A DNA stretch of 64,000 bases from Smithellaceae bacterium (GCA_030690945.1 JAUYFM010000064.1:91072-155071); one strand, 5' to 3'; shown: positions 36,491 to 46,595, numbered from the stretch's first letter. Numbers and translations: made by a program. Notes: generated from the letters alone by a model not told the origin.

Positions 36491-37753
36491 TCAATCATCC
36501 AGACGGAAAAGCTGCCGGGCGGCCGCGACGATATCCTTCGAATTGAACTCGACGCTCTCTTCCTTCATCACCGCCACCGGCGCATGCAGAATCTTGTTGA
36601 CGATGCTGTTCACCAGCGCTTCAACTTTTTCGCGATCTGTGTTTTCGAGATTCCCCATCCAGTTTCTTGCTTTTTCCAGTTCCGCACTCACAATGCCTTC
36701 GGCCTTGCCCCGTAGCGACACAATGGTGGGAACGGCCTTCAGTTCCTTAAGCCAGTTGGCGTATTGCGCCACCTCTTCTTTGATAATCTCCTCGGCCTTA
36801 AGCGCCTCGCGCCGGCGGTTCTTGACATTTTCATCGACGATATCCTGCAAATTATCGATATTGTACAGATAGACATTTTCGATGCTGTCCGCCGCGGGAT
36901 CAATATCGCGCGGCACAGCAATATCGACTAAAAACAGCAGACGGTTCTTACGCTTGCGCAGGCAGTGGCGAACCATGTCCTGGGTCACGATATACGACGG
37001 CGCGCCGGTGGAACTGATCACAATATCAGCATCACAAAGCGCTTCGTCAAGGGCGGGAAGCCCGATGGCCCGGCCGTGATATTTTTCGGCAAGCAACTCG
37101 GCCTGAGCGAGCGAGCGGTTGGCGACAATAATGTCTTCCGCGCCGTTGCCGATCAGATGTGTGCAAGTCAGCTCCGCCATCTCCCCCGCGCCGATAATCA
37201 GAATTTTTTTGCCGAAAAGCGTTCCGAATATTTTCTTGGCCAGTTCCACTGCGGCAAAGCTCACCGATACCGGATTGGCGGCAATGCCCGTTTCCGTCCG
37301 CACGCGTTTGGCGGTGCGAAATGCCCGATGCATCAGGCGGTTGAGTGCGATGCCGGTGGCATTGAGCGCCAGCGCCTGGCGGTAGGCATCTTTCACCTGA
37401 CCCAGAATCTGCGCCTCGCCCATCACCAGCGAATCCAGGCTGGATGTGACACGGAACAAATGTTTTATCGCTTCATCGTCGCGATAGCCATACAGACAGG
37501 ACGCGGCTTCGTCATTCGATAGGCTGCCGTATTTCGCCAGAAAGGACTTGATCGCCTCAACGGCCGCAGACGTCTCGTCAACGGAAGCCACCAGCTCGAC
37601 GCGGTTACAAGTGGAAAGATGCAGAATTTCCCGCACGCCGTCAATCACCAGCAGTTCGGCAAGAAGATTCACCTCTCCCTGGCATCCGGCAAAGAGTCTT
37701 TCGCGCACCGCAAGCGGCGCTGTTTTATGATTTAATCCGACTAATACAATCAT
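36491..37753 (-). CDS. hemA: Glutamyl-tRNA reductase
   Basis: STCNRVE, LDSLVMGEAQILGQVK, GAGEM, DIAVPRDI. Confidence 0.97.
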   Translation of the reverse strand: MIVLVGLNHKTAPLAVRERLFAGCQGEVNLLAELLVIDGVREILHLSTCNRVELVASVDETSAAVEAIKSFLAKYGSLSNDEAASCLYGYRDDEAIKHLFRVTSSLDSLVMGEAQILGQVKDAYRQALALNATGIALNRLMHRAFRTAKRVRTETGIAANPVSVSFAAVELAKKIFGTLFGKKILIIGAGEMAELTCTHLIGNGAEDIIVANRSLAQAELLAEKYHGRAIGLPALDEALCDADIVISSTGAPSYIVTQDMVRHCLRKRKNRLLFLVDIAVPRDIDPAADSIENVYLYNIDNLQDIVDENVKNRRREALKAEEIIKEEVAQYANWLKELKAVPTIVSLRGKAEGIVSAELEKARNWMGNLENTDREKVEALVNSIVNKILHAPVAVMKEESVEFNSKDIVAAARQLFRLDD

Positions 37754-37756
37754 TTT

Positions 37757-38581
37757 TTAAATAAAATTATGCACGGTTGAAAAACAATATCGAATCACCA
37801 GGGCCGACAATAAAAAAAGCAGGAACGCTAAGCAGGACAATGCCGCCATCCGGGACCCTTTCCAGCCGATGGCCAAACGCTGATGCAACAGAAATCCGTA
37901 AACCATCCAGATGGCAAAAGACCAGATCACTTTAGGATCAGCAGGCCAAAAGCCGCCCCAGACAAAAGCGGCATAGACGGCACCCCCGATCATACCCAGC
38001 GTCAACAAGGGAAATCCCCACAACAAACCCAAATGGTTGATCCAGTCCAGGTCGCTGAGCGACGGCAGCAGACGGCCCATCTTGCCCGGTTTTTTGTTTT
38101 TGAGCAAATTGTTCTGGATCATGAACATGGCTCCGGCCGCGGACGCCAGAACAAAAAGCGCTTCACCGGCAATCGCCAGTACCAGATGAAACGTTGTGAG
38201 CCAGCCCTGCCACTGGGGCGGAACAAGATTTTTATCCGATTCCTGACCGGCCGCGGCAATCAGAAACAATAAAATAATCGGCGCGATAAAAGCGCCCAGC
38301 AGGCGTGTTTTCGTTTTAAATTGCAATCCCAGGTAAATGCCGGCAATCGTCCAGGCGTAAATCGACAGGAAATGACGCGAGCCGAAATTCACCCATCCGG
38401 AAGAATTGGCGGCGCCCAGCAGCAAGTTGAAGGTTAAAAAAAGAGCCCCCCCTGCCAGAATCCAGGTGGATCCTTTGGCCAGCACAATTTTTTTCACCAG
38501 CAGTGAAAGCAGATAACCGGTGGTGGCGAGCGCACAGCACGTCAGGGCCAGCACGAAGAAACTTATTTCCAGACTAGTCAA
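37757..38581 (-). CDS. ccsA: Cytochrome c biogenesis protein CcsA/HemX family
   Basis: Multiple TM segments, LPSL..LD, GFPLLTLG, W..DPKVIWS, GWKG.R; TTG start after GAGGTG. Confidence 0.85.
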   Translation of the reverse strand: MTSLEISFFVLALTCCALATTGYLLSLLVKKIVLAKGSTWILAGGALFLTFNLLLGAANSSGWVNFGSRHFLSIYAWTIAGIYLGLQFKTKTRLLGAFIAPIILLFLIAAAGQESDKNLVPPQWQGWLTTFHLVLAIAGEALFVLASAAGAMFMIQNNLLKNKKPGKMGRLLPSLSDLDWINHLGLLWGFPLLTLGMIGGAVYAAFVWGGFWPADPKVIWSFAIWMVYGFLLHQRLAIGWKGSRMAALSCLAFLLFLLSALVIRYCFSTVHNFI

Positions 38582-39245
38582 GCTGCACCTCCTCGCCGGT
38601 GATATCACGGATAATCTTTTTAACCCTGTCCGCCTGTTTCTGCCGGATTGCCGTGAGCAGCCCTGCCGCCATCAACTGATCAAACCAGACTTTACCCACA
38701 CCCGCGTTTTTCTCCATCTTTGCCCGCAATTGGCCCAATATCTTAATAAGAATTGCGTATTCCTCGCCATAGATGGCTTCCAGTTCTTCGCGCAGATGGC
38801 GCGCAAGCGCCGGAGAGTTCCCGCCGGTGCCGCAAGCGATAGTCAAATCGCCCCGTTCCACTAAAGACGGCAGAATAAAATCGCATTTCTGCGGATCATC
38901 GACGATATTGACCGGAATACCTTTTATTTTAGCATCTTGCGATATGGCTGCATTGGTTTGCTCATCATCCGTCGCGCCGATAACCAAAACCGCGCCCTCC
39001 ATGCCCCGGCCGTTATATTCCGAAGGGATATGGGAAATCCGTTGCTCGCGAGTCAAATCGGCCAGTTCCGGAACCAGATCGGGGCTTATCACGCATACTT
39101 TCGCGCCACAATCCAGAAGCCTTGCAACTTTTCTGGCAGCCACCTCGCCTCCGCCGATCACAACACATTTTTTCCCGGCAATGTCCCAAAAGACAGGATA
39201 ATATTTCAAGTTTTCCCTTTCCGCTTCCGCCGTCGTAATATCCAT
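38574..39245 (-). CDS. Precorrin-2 dehydrogenase / sirohydrochlorin ferrochelatase (CysG N-terminal / SirC type)
   Basis: YYPVF, IGGGEVAARK, VNIVDDP..CDF, TGGNSPALA. Confidence 0.92.
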   Translation of the reverse strand: MDITTAEAERENLKYYPVFWDIAGKKCVVIGGGEVAARKVARLLDCGAKVCVISPDLVPELADLTREQRISHIPSEYNGRGMEGAVLVIGATDDEQTNAAISQDAKIKGIPVNIVDDPQKCDFILPSLVERGDLTIACGTGGNSPALARHLREELEAIYGEEYAILIKILGQLRAKMEKNAGVGKVWFDQLMAAGLLTAIRQKQADRVKKIIRDITGEEVQLD

Positions 39246-39391
39246 TAATAAACAATAAACGGATGCAAGCTACCATGAAGGGGGGCAAAATTCAAGCAGG
39301 GGTATCGAATAACACCTTTGGCAAATCTTCTTGCAGTGCCATCATGGATGTGTTACCCATCCGCCACTTTAAAAAGGGGCGACCAAGATCA

Positions 39392-41026
39392 ATGATTCAT
39401 TTCAGTGGCATTTCCAAACAGCATGGTCCGCAGATCCTGTTTCGGGATGCCAGTTTTCAGATATTGCCCGGTAGCCGAAACGGCCTGGTCGGGCCAAACG
39501 GCGCGGGTAAAACCAGCATCTTTCGCCTGATCATGGGTGAAGAAGAATTTGACGCGGGCGAAATCACCAAAGCGCGCAATATCGTTTGCGGCTATTTTTC
39601 CCAGGATGTCGGCGCCATGTCCGGTCGCTCGGCGCTTGCGGAAGTCATGTCCGCTTCGGAAGACGTGACGCGGCTGGGCGTGCAAATCCGGGAAATGGAA
39701 GCGGCCATGTGCGAGCCGATGGACGAAGAGGACATGGCCAATCTGCTGGAACGCTACGGGAACATTCAGTCCGAATTCGAACACCGCGGCGGCTACGATC
39801 TGGAAAGCCGCGCGCAAACCATTCTGACCGGCCTGGGCATTGGCCCCGATGACTATTCTCACCCGGTGGAAACTTTCAGCGGCGGCTGGAAAATGCGCAT
39901 TGCGCTCGCCAAAATTCTGTCCATCAATCCCGATGTCCTTTTGCTGGATGAACCCACCAACCATCTGGATGTGGAATCGATCATCTGGCTGGAAGACTGG
40001 CTCTCCACGTCATTTAAGGGCGCGCTGTTGATGACCAGCCATGACCGCGAATTCCTGAACCGCGTCATCAACCGCATTATTGAAGTCGCCAACCGTGCAA
40101 TCACAACATACAGCGGCAATTACGACTTTTATCTGCGCGAGCGTGAAATCCGGCGCGAGCAGCTTCTGGCGAGCCACCGCCGCCAACAGGAAATGCTGGC
40201 CAAGGAAGAGGACTTCATCGCCCGTTTTGCCGCGCGGGCATCGCATGCGTCGCAGGTGCAGTCGCGCATCAAAAAGATTGATAAAATTGAACGCATCGAA
40301 ATACCGTCCGAACAGCGCAGCATCAAGTTCGAATTTGCCGAACCCCCACGCAGCGGCGACGATGTGGTGAAAATCGACAACCTTGGCAAAACCTGGCCAC
40401 GTCCCGACGGAGATGTCAAATCCGTATTCGGCGGCGTCAGCGGCATTATCCGGCGTCAGGATAAAATTGCTGTCGTGGGCATCAACGGCGCGGGCAAGTC
40501 CACCTTCTTAAAAGTGCTGGCTGGTCAGGCCGATCCTTCAACCGGCAGCCTGAATCTGGGCGCCAACGTTTATCCCGGCTATTTCAGCCAGCATGCCATG
40601 GACATTCTCCAGCCGCAGAAGACCGTGCTCGAAACCGTGCAGGATGCCATGCCGCAGGCTCATCTCGGTACGCTGCGCAATCTCTGCGCCGCTTTTTTGT
40701 TTCAGGGAGATGATATTTACAAACGGATCGATAAATTATCCGGTGGAGAAAAAAGTCGGGTGGTTCTGGCAACGATGCTGGTCCAGCCGATCAACCTGCT
40801 GATCCTCGACGAACCGACCAACCATCTAGACATCCAATCGCGCGAAACGCTGCTGGCCGCGCTACAGAACTTTACCGGCACAGTCGTGCTCGTCAGCCAT
40901 GACCGCCACTTCCTGCGCTGCCTCATCAACCGCGTCTTCGAAATTGATCATGGTGAGATGCGAATTTACAACGGTCATTACGAATACTACCTGGAAAAAT
41001 CCGGACGCGAGCACAAAGCGGCGTAG
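39392..41026 (+). CDS. ABC-F family ATPase
   Basis: Two ABC domains (GPNGAGKT, FSGGW, LDEPTNHLD; GINGAGKS, LSGGEK), no TM segments. Confidence 0.93.
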   Translation: MIHFSGISKQHGPQILFRDASFQILPGSRNGLVGPNGAGKTSIFRLIMGEEEFDAGEITKARNIVCGYFSQDVGAMSGRSALAEVMSASEDVTRLGVQIREMEAAMCEPMDEEDMANLLERYGNIQSEFEHRGGYDLESRAQTILTGLGIGPDDYSHPVETFSGGWKMRIALAKILSINPDVLLLDEPTNHLDVESIIWLEDWLSTSFKGALLMTSHDREFLNRVINRIIEVANRAITTYSGNYDFYLREREIRREQLLASHRRQQEMLAKEEDFIARFAARASHASQVQSRIKKIDKIERIEIPSEQRSIKFEFAEPPRSGDDVVKIDNLGKTWPRPDGDVKSVFGGVSGIIRRQDKIAVVGINGAGKSTFLKVLAGQADPSTGSLNLGANVYPGYFSQHAMDILQPQKTVLETVQDAMPQAHLGTLRNLCAAFLFQGDDIYKRIDKLSGGEKSRVVLATMLVQPINLLILDEPTNHLDIQSRETLLAALQNFTGTVVLVSHDRHFLRCLINRVFEIDHGEMRIYNGHYEYYLEKSGREHKAA

Positions 41027-41034
41027 CGAAAGCA

Positions 41035-41144
41035 CTAGTGTCCTGTCAACGATACGCTGTCATTTCGAAGGAGTCATAACGACTGAGAAATCTGAGATTT
41101 CTCCCTGCGGTCGAAATGACATTTCTTGATTGCCGAGACACTAG
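41035..41144 (+). mobile_element. 110-bp MITE-like element, copy 1
   Basis: CTAGTGTC...GACACTAG termini, internal TGTCATTTCGA...TCGAAATGACA palindrome; 6 mismatches against the inverted copy at 46278-46387. Confidence 0.8.
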
Positions 41145-41425
41145 GGGTGAGGCGTAAAAAAAGAGAGGTGTCCCATTATTTACCAGTTCGAAGAACTGGT
41201 AAATTGCTTGCAATGGCATTCTGTTGTCCTGAAAAAAACACGATCACTTTATCTCATCGGAATCAGTGAATAATTATTTGACATTGCCTGATATTTCGGA
41301 TTATTGTCTTTCCGAATTCTAAGTATTAGCAGTAGCACATTAAAGATGAATTTTGCGGGTGGAAACAAAATGTCAATAATTAATTATACGGTTCACCGAA
41401 TTCACCATAACAGGAGGACTATAGA

Positions 41426-42262
41426 ATGAAGACACAATCCGGAACTATCACGGCGCAAGACGGGACATCCATCTACTGGAAAGGATGGGTGCCTGACCAT
41501 TCCCCCAAAGCCGTCGTGCATATTATCCATGGCTATGCTGAACACATTGACCGCTACGGAAATGTCATAGGCGAACTTCTCCCCTCAGGGTACGCGGTTT
41601 TCGGCAATGACCACAGGGGTCATGGCAAAAGCGAAGGGAAGCGCGGACACGTCAGGAGCTTTCAGGAATTCATCGATGATGAAAAGCAGTTTCGCCGTGA
41701 AGTGATCCAGGCGCGATTTCCGAAAATGCCTTACTTCGTTCTTGGTCATTCTATGGGAAGTCTCATTGCCATGAATTATGTTGAGCAGAATGCCGTTGAC
41801 GTAAAAGGGCTCGTGTTATCGGGCACCGGATCGGAACCGGGAACGGACATCCCCAAGGCTCTCCTTACCATAACCAAGATCCTGTCGAAAATACTACCCT
41901 CCTTGCATGTGAAATCGCCTCTCCCGCCGGAGTTCATATCCCGGGATATGGATGTGGTGAAGGCCTATGTTAACGATCCCCTGGTGTATAACGTCATCAC
42001 GCCGAGACTCGCCCATGAGATGAACAGGTATGTGGTCATCGGCGCCCAAAATGCCTATAAGATTCAAATCCCGGTTCTTATCCAACTCGGTTCGCGGGAC
42101 ACCGCCTTTTCCGGGCAGAAGGAACTCTTTGAGATGATCGGAGCAAAGGACAAAACCTTCAAGCTCTATGAGGGCCTTAAGCATGAGGTTTACAACGAAC
42201 TGGCTGCTGACAGGATGAAGGTACTCGCCGACCTGAGATTCTGGCTGGACGGACATCTGTGA
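41426..42262 (+). CDS. Alpha/beta hydrolase, lysophospholipase/monoacylglycerol lipase family
   Basis: HGYAEH..RY, DHRGHG.SEG.RG, GHSMG, HEVYNE. Confidence 0.9.
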   Translation: MKTQSGTITAQDGTSIYWKGWVPDHSPKAVVHIIHGYAEHIDRYGNVIGELLPSGYAVFGNDHRGHGKSEGKRGHVRSFQEFIDDEKQFRREVIQARFPKMPYFVLGHSMGSLIAMNYVEQNAVDVKGLVLSGTGSEPGTDIPKALLTITKILSKILPSLHVKSPLPPEFISRDMDVVKAYVNDPLVYNVITPRLAHEMNRYVVIGAQNAYKIQIPVLIQLGSRDTAFSGQKELFEMIGAKDKTFKLYEGLKHEVYNELAADRMKVLADLRFWLDGHL

Positions 42263-42289
42263 TACAAGAAAGAGAGGGAAACAAAAAAC

Positions 42290-43486
42290 ATGCTCACGGA
42301 AAGTAATCTTGAAAGATATGCCGATGTGCTCCTCTGGGCGCTGAATACAGCGAAGAAAAATACCCTGAAGAAAGACGAGATCGTTCTCATTCAGTATGAT
42401 CTGCCTGCACTGAGGCTCGCCGAAATCCTCTACGGGCGGCTCCTCGATCTGGGCATGCGCCCTGTGCAGCGCATGGCCGCCACATTCGGCATGGAACACA
42501 GTTTCTATCAGAAAGCTAATCTGAAACAATTGACGTTTATCACTCCCGGCGACGAAGAACTCTACAAAAACATTAACGGCAGGATTTATCTGCACGCGCC
42601 CGAGTCGCTCACACACCTCAAGGATATCGATCCCACCAAGATCGGCAAAGCCATTGTCGCCCGCAAACACCTCAAGGACATTCTCGACCGCCGCGAAGAA
42701 TTGCGAAAGTATAGCTGGACGCTCTGCTTACTCCCCACGGAGGAATTGGCCCGCCAGGCTAAAATGTCCATGAAGCAATATACGGCGCAGGTCATCAAAG
42801 GTTGCTACCTCGACCGCGACGATCCCGTTCTCGAATGGAAGGCGATTCACAAAGAGGTCACGGCCATTAAAAAGCGGCTCAGTTCCCTTCCGGTCAAGTA
42901 TTTCCACATGGAATCGGCCAACATGGATTTGCGGATTACGCCGGGGGCTAATCGTAAGTGGGCGGGCGTCTCCGGCCACAACGTCCCCAGCTTCGAGGTG
43001 TTTGTCTCCCCCGACTGGCGCGGCACGGAAGGGGTCTATTTTGCCAACCTCCCCTCTTTCCGCAGCGGAAACTACGTCGAGAACGTCCGCATCACTTTTG
43101 CCAAAGGGCAAGCGGTCAAGATCGAAGCCAGTGAAGGAGAGGCGTTTGTGAAAAAGCAACTGGCCATGGACCCGGGCGCGCGCCGGGTGGGCGAATTCTC
43201 ACTCACGGACAAGCGCTTTTCGCGAATCGACCGATTCATGGCGGAGACGCTCTTCGATGAAAATTTCGGCGGCAAAGAAGGAAACTGTCATCTGGCTGTG
43301 GGCTCATCCTACAGCGATACTTATAACGGCGACCCGGCAAAACTGACCGAGACGCTGAAAAAAGAACTGGGGTTTAACGATTCCGCTCTTCACTGGGACC
43401 TGGTCAACACCGAACCAAAGACAGTGACAGCACATTTGACCAACGGCAAAAAAGTTCTCATTTACGACCGGGGCATGTTTAAGTAA
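42290..43486 (+). CDS. Aminopeptidase, M29 (AmpS/AmpT) family
   Basis: NVPSFEVF.SP, GEFSL, LFDEN, HLAVG.SY, NDSALHWD. Confidence 0.88.
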   Translation: MLTESNLERYADVLLWALNTAKKNTLKKDEIVLIQYDLPALRLAEILYGRLLDLGMRPVQRMAATFGMEHSFYQKANLKQLTFITPGDEELYKNINGRIYLHAPESLTHLKDIDPTKIGKAIVARKHLKDILDRREELRKYSWTLCLLPTEELARQAKMSMKQYTAQVIKGCYLDRDDPVLEWKAIHKEVTAIKKRLSSLPVKYFHMESANMDLRITPGANRKWAGVSGHNVPSFEVFVSPDWRGTEGVYFANLPSFRSGNYVENVRITFAKGQAVKIEASEGEAFVKKQLAMDPGARRVGEFSLTDKRFSRIDRFMAETLFDENFGGKEGNCHLAVGSSYSDTYNGDPAKLTETLKKELGFNDSALHWDLVNTEPKTVTAHLTNGKKVLIYDRGMFK

Positions 43487-43489
43487 AAA

Positions 43490-43545
43490 AGACTGAAGGT
43501 TGAAGACTGAAGGCTAAAGACTGAAGGCTAAAGACTGAAGGCTGA
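43490..43545 (+). repeat. Heptamer tandem repeat (AGACTGA/AGGCTRA x8)
   Basis: Seen directly; a related degenerate tract lies at 26276-26308 on the minus strand. Confidence 0.85.
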
Positions 43546-43558
43546 AGGAAACAATTAT

Positions 43559-43930
43559 ATGTCGTCTGATCAGAGTTTTGTTGAGTTTGTTGCGGACCAG
43601 ATGGCGGCTGCCGGTAACATTACCTATCGGAAAATGTTTGGTGAGTATGCCGTCTATTGCGACGGTAAAGTCGTAGCGCTGGTTTGCGACAATCAGCTTT
43701 TTGTAAAACCCACGGAAAACGGAAAAACATACATTGGCGATGTTTGTGAAGCACGGCCGTATCCAGAGGCCAAAATGTACTTTCTGATAGAAGACGCCTA
43801 TGAAGATCCGGAGTGGATCAGCGGGTTAATTCGCATAACGGCAAAAGAGCTTCCGTTGCCCAAACCAAAAGGAATGAGAGAAAAAACAAAAAAAACGAAG
43901 GTATTCAAAACACCGATGGCTCAGAAATAA
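43559..43930 (+). CDS. TfoX/Sxy N-terminal domain protein
   Basis: RKMFGEYAVYCDGKVVALVCDNQLFVKPT. Confidence 0.85.
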   Translation: MSSDQSFVEFVADQMAAAGNITYRKMFGEYAVYCDGKVVALVCDNQLFVKPTENGKTYIGDVCEARPYPEAKMYFLIEDAYEDPEWISGLIRITAKELPLPKPKGMREKTKKTKVFKTPMAQK

Positions 43931-43931
43931 T

Positions 43932-44399
43932 ATGAAAAAAGCGTTTCTCTTTCCGATCATCATTGCGGTATCAATTCTATTTTCAACTTCAGTGGTTTGT
44001 TGGGCCGGTTCAGACCAACAAGGCAGGAGGAGCGCGGTGGAAGAAGAGATTTGGGCATTAGAAGAGGGATACTTTACCAACCTGTATAAAGCAAATTATG
44101 ACGGAGTCCTTACCCTTGTGCACAGCCGGTTTCTGGGATGGCCAGGTGCCATGTCTCAACCGATTGACAAAGAAGAAAGCGCTCGTTTCATGAGGCAATT
44201 AATCTCCAAACCGATTACATGCTCCATCCGTATTGAAAGAGGCGGCATCCGGTTCTCGGGAGAAGTGGCATTGACGCAATACACGCTGCACGTTAGTTTT
44301 ACTGAAACCGGCAAAACTCAATCATCCCGGATAACCCATACATGGATTAAAGAAAGTGGCCGCTGGAAATTACTGGGCGGTATGAGTTACGATAAATAA
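43932..44399 (+). CDS. Exported NTF2-like (DUF4440) protein
   Basis: Signal peptide; RITHTW.K..G.WKL C-terminus. Confidence 0.7.
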   Translation: MKKAFLFPIIIAVSILFSTSVVCWAGSDQQGRRSAVEEEIWALEEGYFTNLYKANYDGVLTLVHSRFLGWPGAMSQPIDKEESARFMRQLISKPITCSIRIERGGIRFSGEVALTQYTLHVSFTETGKTQSSRITHTWIKESGRWKLLGGMSYDK

Positions 44400-44427
44400 A
44401 CCGATACAAAGAAAATAGGAAAGCAAC

Positions 44428-44847
44428 ATGAAATATTTCACAGCTGTCGAAGCGAAGCAATTTGCAGAAAAATGGCTGCCGGCGTGGTCGGGCAATAATC
44501 CCGAATTGCTGACAGGCTTCTATGCAGAAGACGCCTTTTATCTTGATCCTGGCATTCCCGACGGTGTTAAAGGGAAAAGTAATTTACTGGCTTACTTTCG
44601 CAAGCTGCTGTCCGGTAATCCCCATTGGATCTGGACGCAGATTGAGGGCATTCCGCTGGAGGATGGTTTTCTGAATAAGTGGCTGGCAAAGATTCCGGTA
44701 GGGCCCGTAATGCTGGAGATTGTCGGCGTTTGCTTTGTTCAGTTGGATGACGCAGGTCTGATTCGCCGCAATGAGGTGTATTTTGACCGTTCCCGTCTTC
44801 TTGGCGAAATTGCTAAACTCAACCGGAACAAATCGGCCGGACGTTAA
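44428..44847 (+). CDS. NTF2/SnoaL-like protein
   Basis: W..AW, FYAEDA.Y.DP, G.I.RNEVYFD. Confidence 0.75.
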   Translation: MKYFTAVEAKQFAEKWLPAWSGNNPELLTGFYAEDAFYLDPGIPDGVKGKSNLLAYFRKLLSGNPHWIWTQIEGIPLEDGFLNKWLAKIPVGPVMLEIVGVCFVQLDDAGLIRRNEVYFDRSRLLGEIAKLNRNKSAGR

Positions 44848-45263
44848 GGCGGGCTTGGCATAGCCATCCGATTGTCCATCATGGCCCTGATCTTCTGTAA
44901 AAAGGTATCCGGATCGCTTGTGTCAATCGCAATGACTTCGCCGGGACAGATGGTGCTTTTGTCTTTTGTCAGGATGTTGGCCGCAACATCAAAGGCTGTC
45001 AACGGGATGCCGCTTTCCTCCAGAAACTCTTTTGCCGGACGCGATGCGACCATCGTGAAGATTTCAGCGATAATGCCGGAACGAACAATCAGTCGGGCGG
45101 CAGCCAGCCCCATGACCTTGTCATGCAAAAGCAGACCGGACTTGTCTTTATGTTTTTCCAGAGCATCCCAAAGCGGCCGCAGACCGCCGCCATCCGAAGC
45201 ATGGATCAGTTTCTCGTCTTTAAAAAGCGCCAGCGAATATTGTGTGAAGTCCGGAATCAACAT
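44844..45263 (-). CDS. DUF1893 (TM1506-like) protein
   Basis: GLRPL, DKVMGLAAA, I...DK...CP.E. Confidence 0.75.
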   Translation of the reverse strand: MLIPDFTQYSLALFKDEKLIHASDGGGLRPLWDALEKHKDKSGLLLHDKVMGLAAARLIVRSGIIAEIFTMVASRPAKEFLEESGIPLTAFDVAANILTKDKSTICPGEVIAIDTSDPDTFLQKIRAMMDNRMAMPSPP

Positions 45264-45469
45264 AGATATTTTTTTATCGGTTTCATATCCAGCTCAATCA
45301 GCAAAGCCCACAGGATATTTCCTAAAAAAGCAAAAGTCAGGGCGGCTTGCCTGTGAGACTTAAGGCCTGTTTTTGTCAAAGAGGGATTCGTCATATCCCA
45401 TACATCCCGTTGCTATTTTTAATTTCGCTTCTACACGATTGAACATTCTTTGAACAGCTAATTTTGCAG

Positions 45470-46240
45470 TCATTCACTCACAAAACGATGTCGAAGTTTG
45501 CAAGAAGAGATCGCGACCTTTCCTGTTTCAGCCATCAACCTTCGGTCTCGTGTGCCCCGCAGGGGTACCAACCTCGCATAATAACTGTCCAAAAGATACA
45601 CAGCCGCCAGCGGATTGTGCCCGGTCACCCGGTCTTTGACGGCCAATACGGTTGTCGGCGCCTCGGCGTACTTGAAAAACAAGGAATCATGACCTACACA
45701 CAGCCCCAGCAACACATTGAATTGGACTTTTGCGTCATTGACGATCATTGCCTGGGCAATGGGATTGCACATGGCTTCATGCCCTCCGATAAAGATTTTT
45801 TCGTGTTCCCGCACACCGATGGTTTCCTTAGGAACCGAACCGATCTTGCAGATCACCGAGACCACCTCAAAGCCTTGTCGTTCAAGGAGATCGCTGACGA
45901 TCCTTGCTTCCCGGGCGAGACCCACGCAAAAAACCAGACCTAAACGGATATAGCCCATCTTCTTGGCAAACTCGCCGATTTCTTCCAGCCGGGTTTTGAT
46001 GGGATGAAGGATATAGGGCTTTTGATCCCTCCCCGCGTAACACTCGCCTTCCTGTATGGATGCCTGCCTGGCGAATTCCTGAATATCAGAATTGGCGTAT
46101 TGGCTTTTTGCCTGTTCAATGAGTTTTTTTCCTTGGGCGGTAGGACACCCCCTGGACGCCTTGCCCTTGCGGTTGAGGCAGACTCTTTCCGCACGGGCCA
46201 AGGAACAGCACGCGCAATCCGGCAATTCTTTTTTCTTCAT
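45470..46240 (-). CDS. DUF1847 metal-binding protein with an atypical C-terminal extension
   Basis: FCVGL, CKIG, MCNPIAQA, GLCVGHDSLF, KDRVTGHNP. Confidence 0.85.
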   Translation of the reverse strand: MKKKELPDCACCSLARAERVCLNRKGKASRGCPTAQGKKLIEQAKSQYANSDIQEFARQASIQEGECYAGRDQKPYILHPIKTRLEEIGEFAKKMGYIRLGLVFCVGLAREARIVSDLLERQGFEVVSVICKIGSVPKETIGVREHEKIFIGGHEAMCNPIAQAMIVNDAKVQFNVLLGLCVGHDSLFFKYAEAPTTVLAVKDRVTGHNPLAAVYLLDSYYARLVPLRGTRDRRLMAETGKVAISSCKLRHRFVSE

Positions 46241-46277
46241 GAAGCCCCCCCATCTCTTCTGCCTTTCATTGATTCTA

Positions 46278-46387
46278 CTAGTGTCTCGTCAATCAAGAAA
46301 TGTCATTTCGACCATAGGGAGAAATCTAAGATTTCTCAGTCGTTATAACTCCTTCGAAATGACAGCGTATCGTTGACATGACACTAG
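46278..46387 (-). mobile_element. 110-bp MITE-like element, copy 2
   Basis: Inverted near-identical copy of 41035-41144. Confidence 0.8.
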
Positions 46388-46500
46388 TCCATTTTCGTCG
46401 TCTCGTCCACGAATTATTCATTGCTGATTGCGTCGGATAAAAAACTGCGGGCTGGCCGACCAAATTCTGACCGGCGTAATCCTCTGTCTTTCAGTACCGG

Positions 46501-46528
46501 TTGACGCACCACTCCGATGATGTATAAT
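46501..46528 (+). promoter_or_regulatory. Putative sigma70 promoter
   Basis: TTGACG-16 bp-TATAAT upstream of the 46596 start. Confidence 0.5.
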
Positions 46529-46595
46529 GCGCCAGTCGGGTTGTTCTGTAATGATGCGTGCCGAACCGGCAACTAAAATAAAAAGGAGAGCCAGC

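Noticed and set aside
45330-45470. Possible cobalamin riboswitch tail (AGTCAGGGCGGCTTGCC)
   Set aside because: No other conserved riboswitch elements, and the wrong orientation for the neighbouring genes
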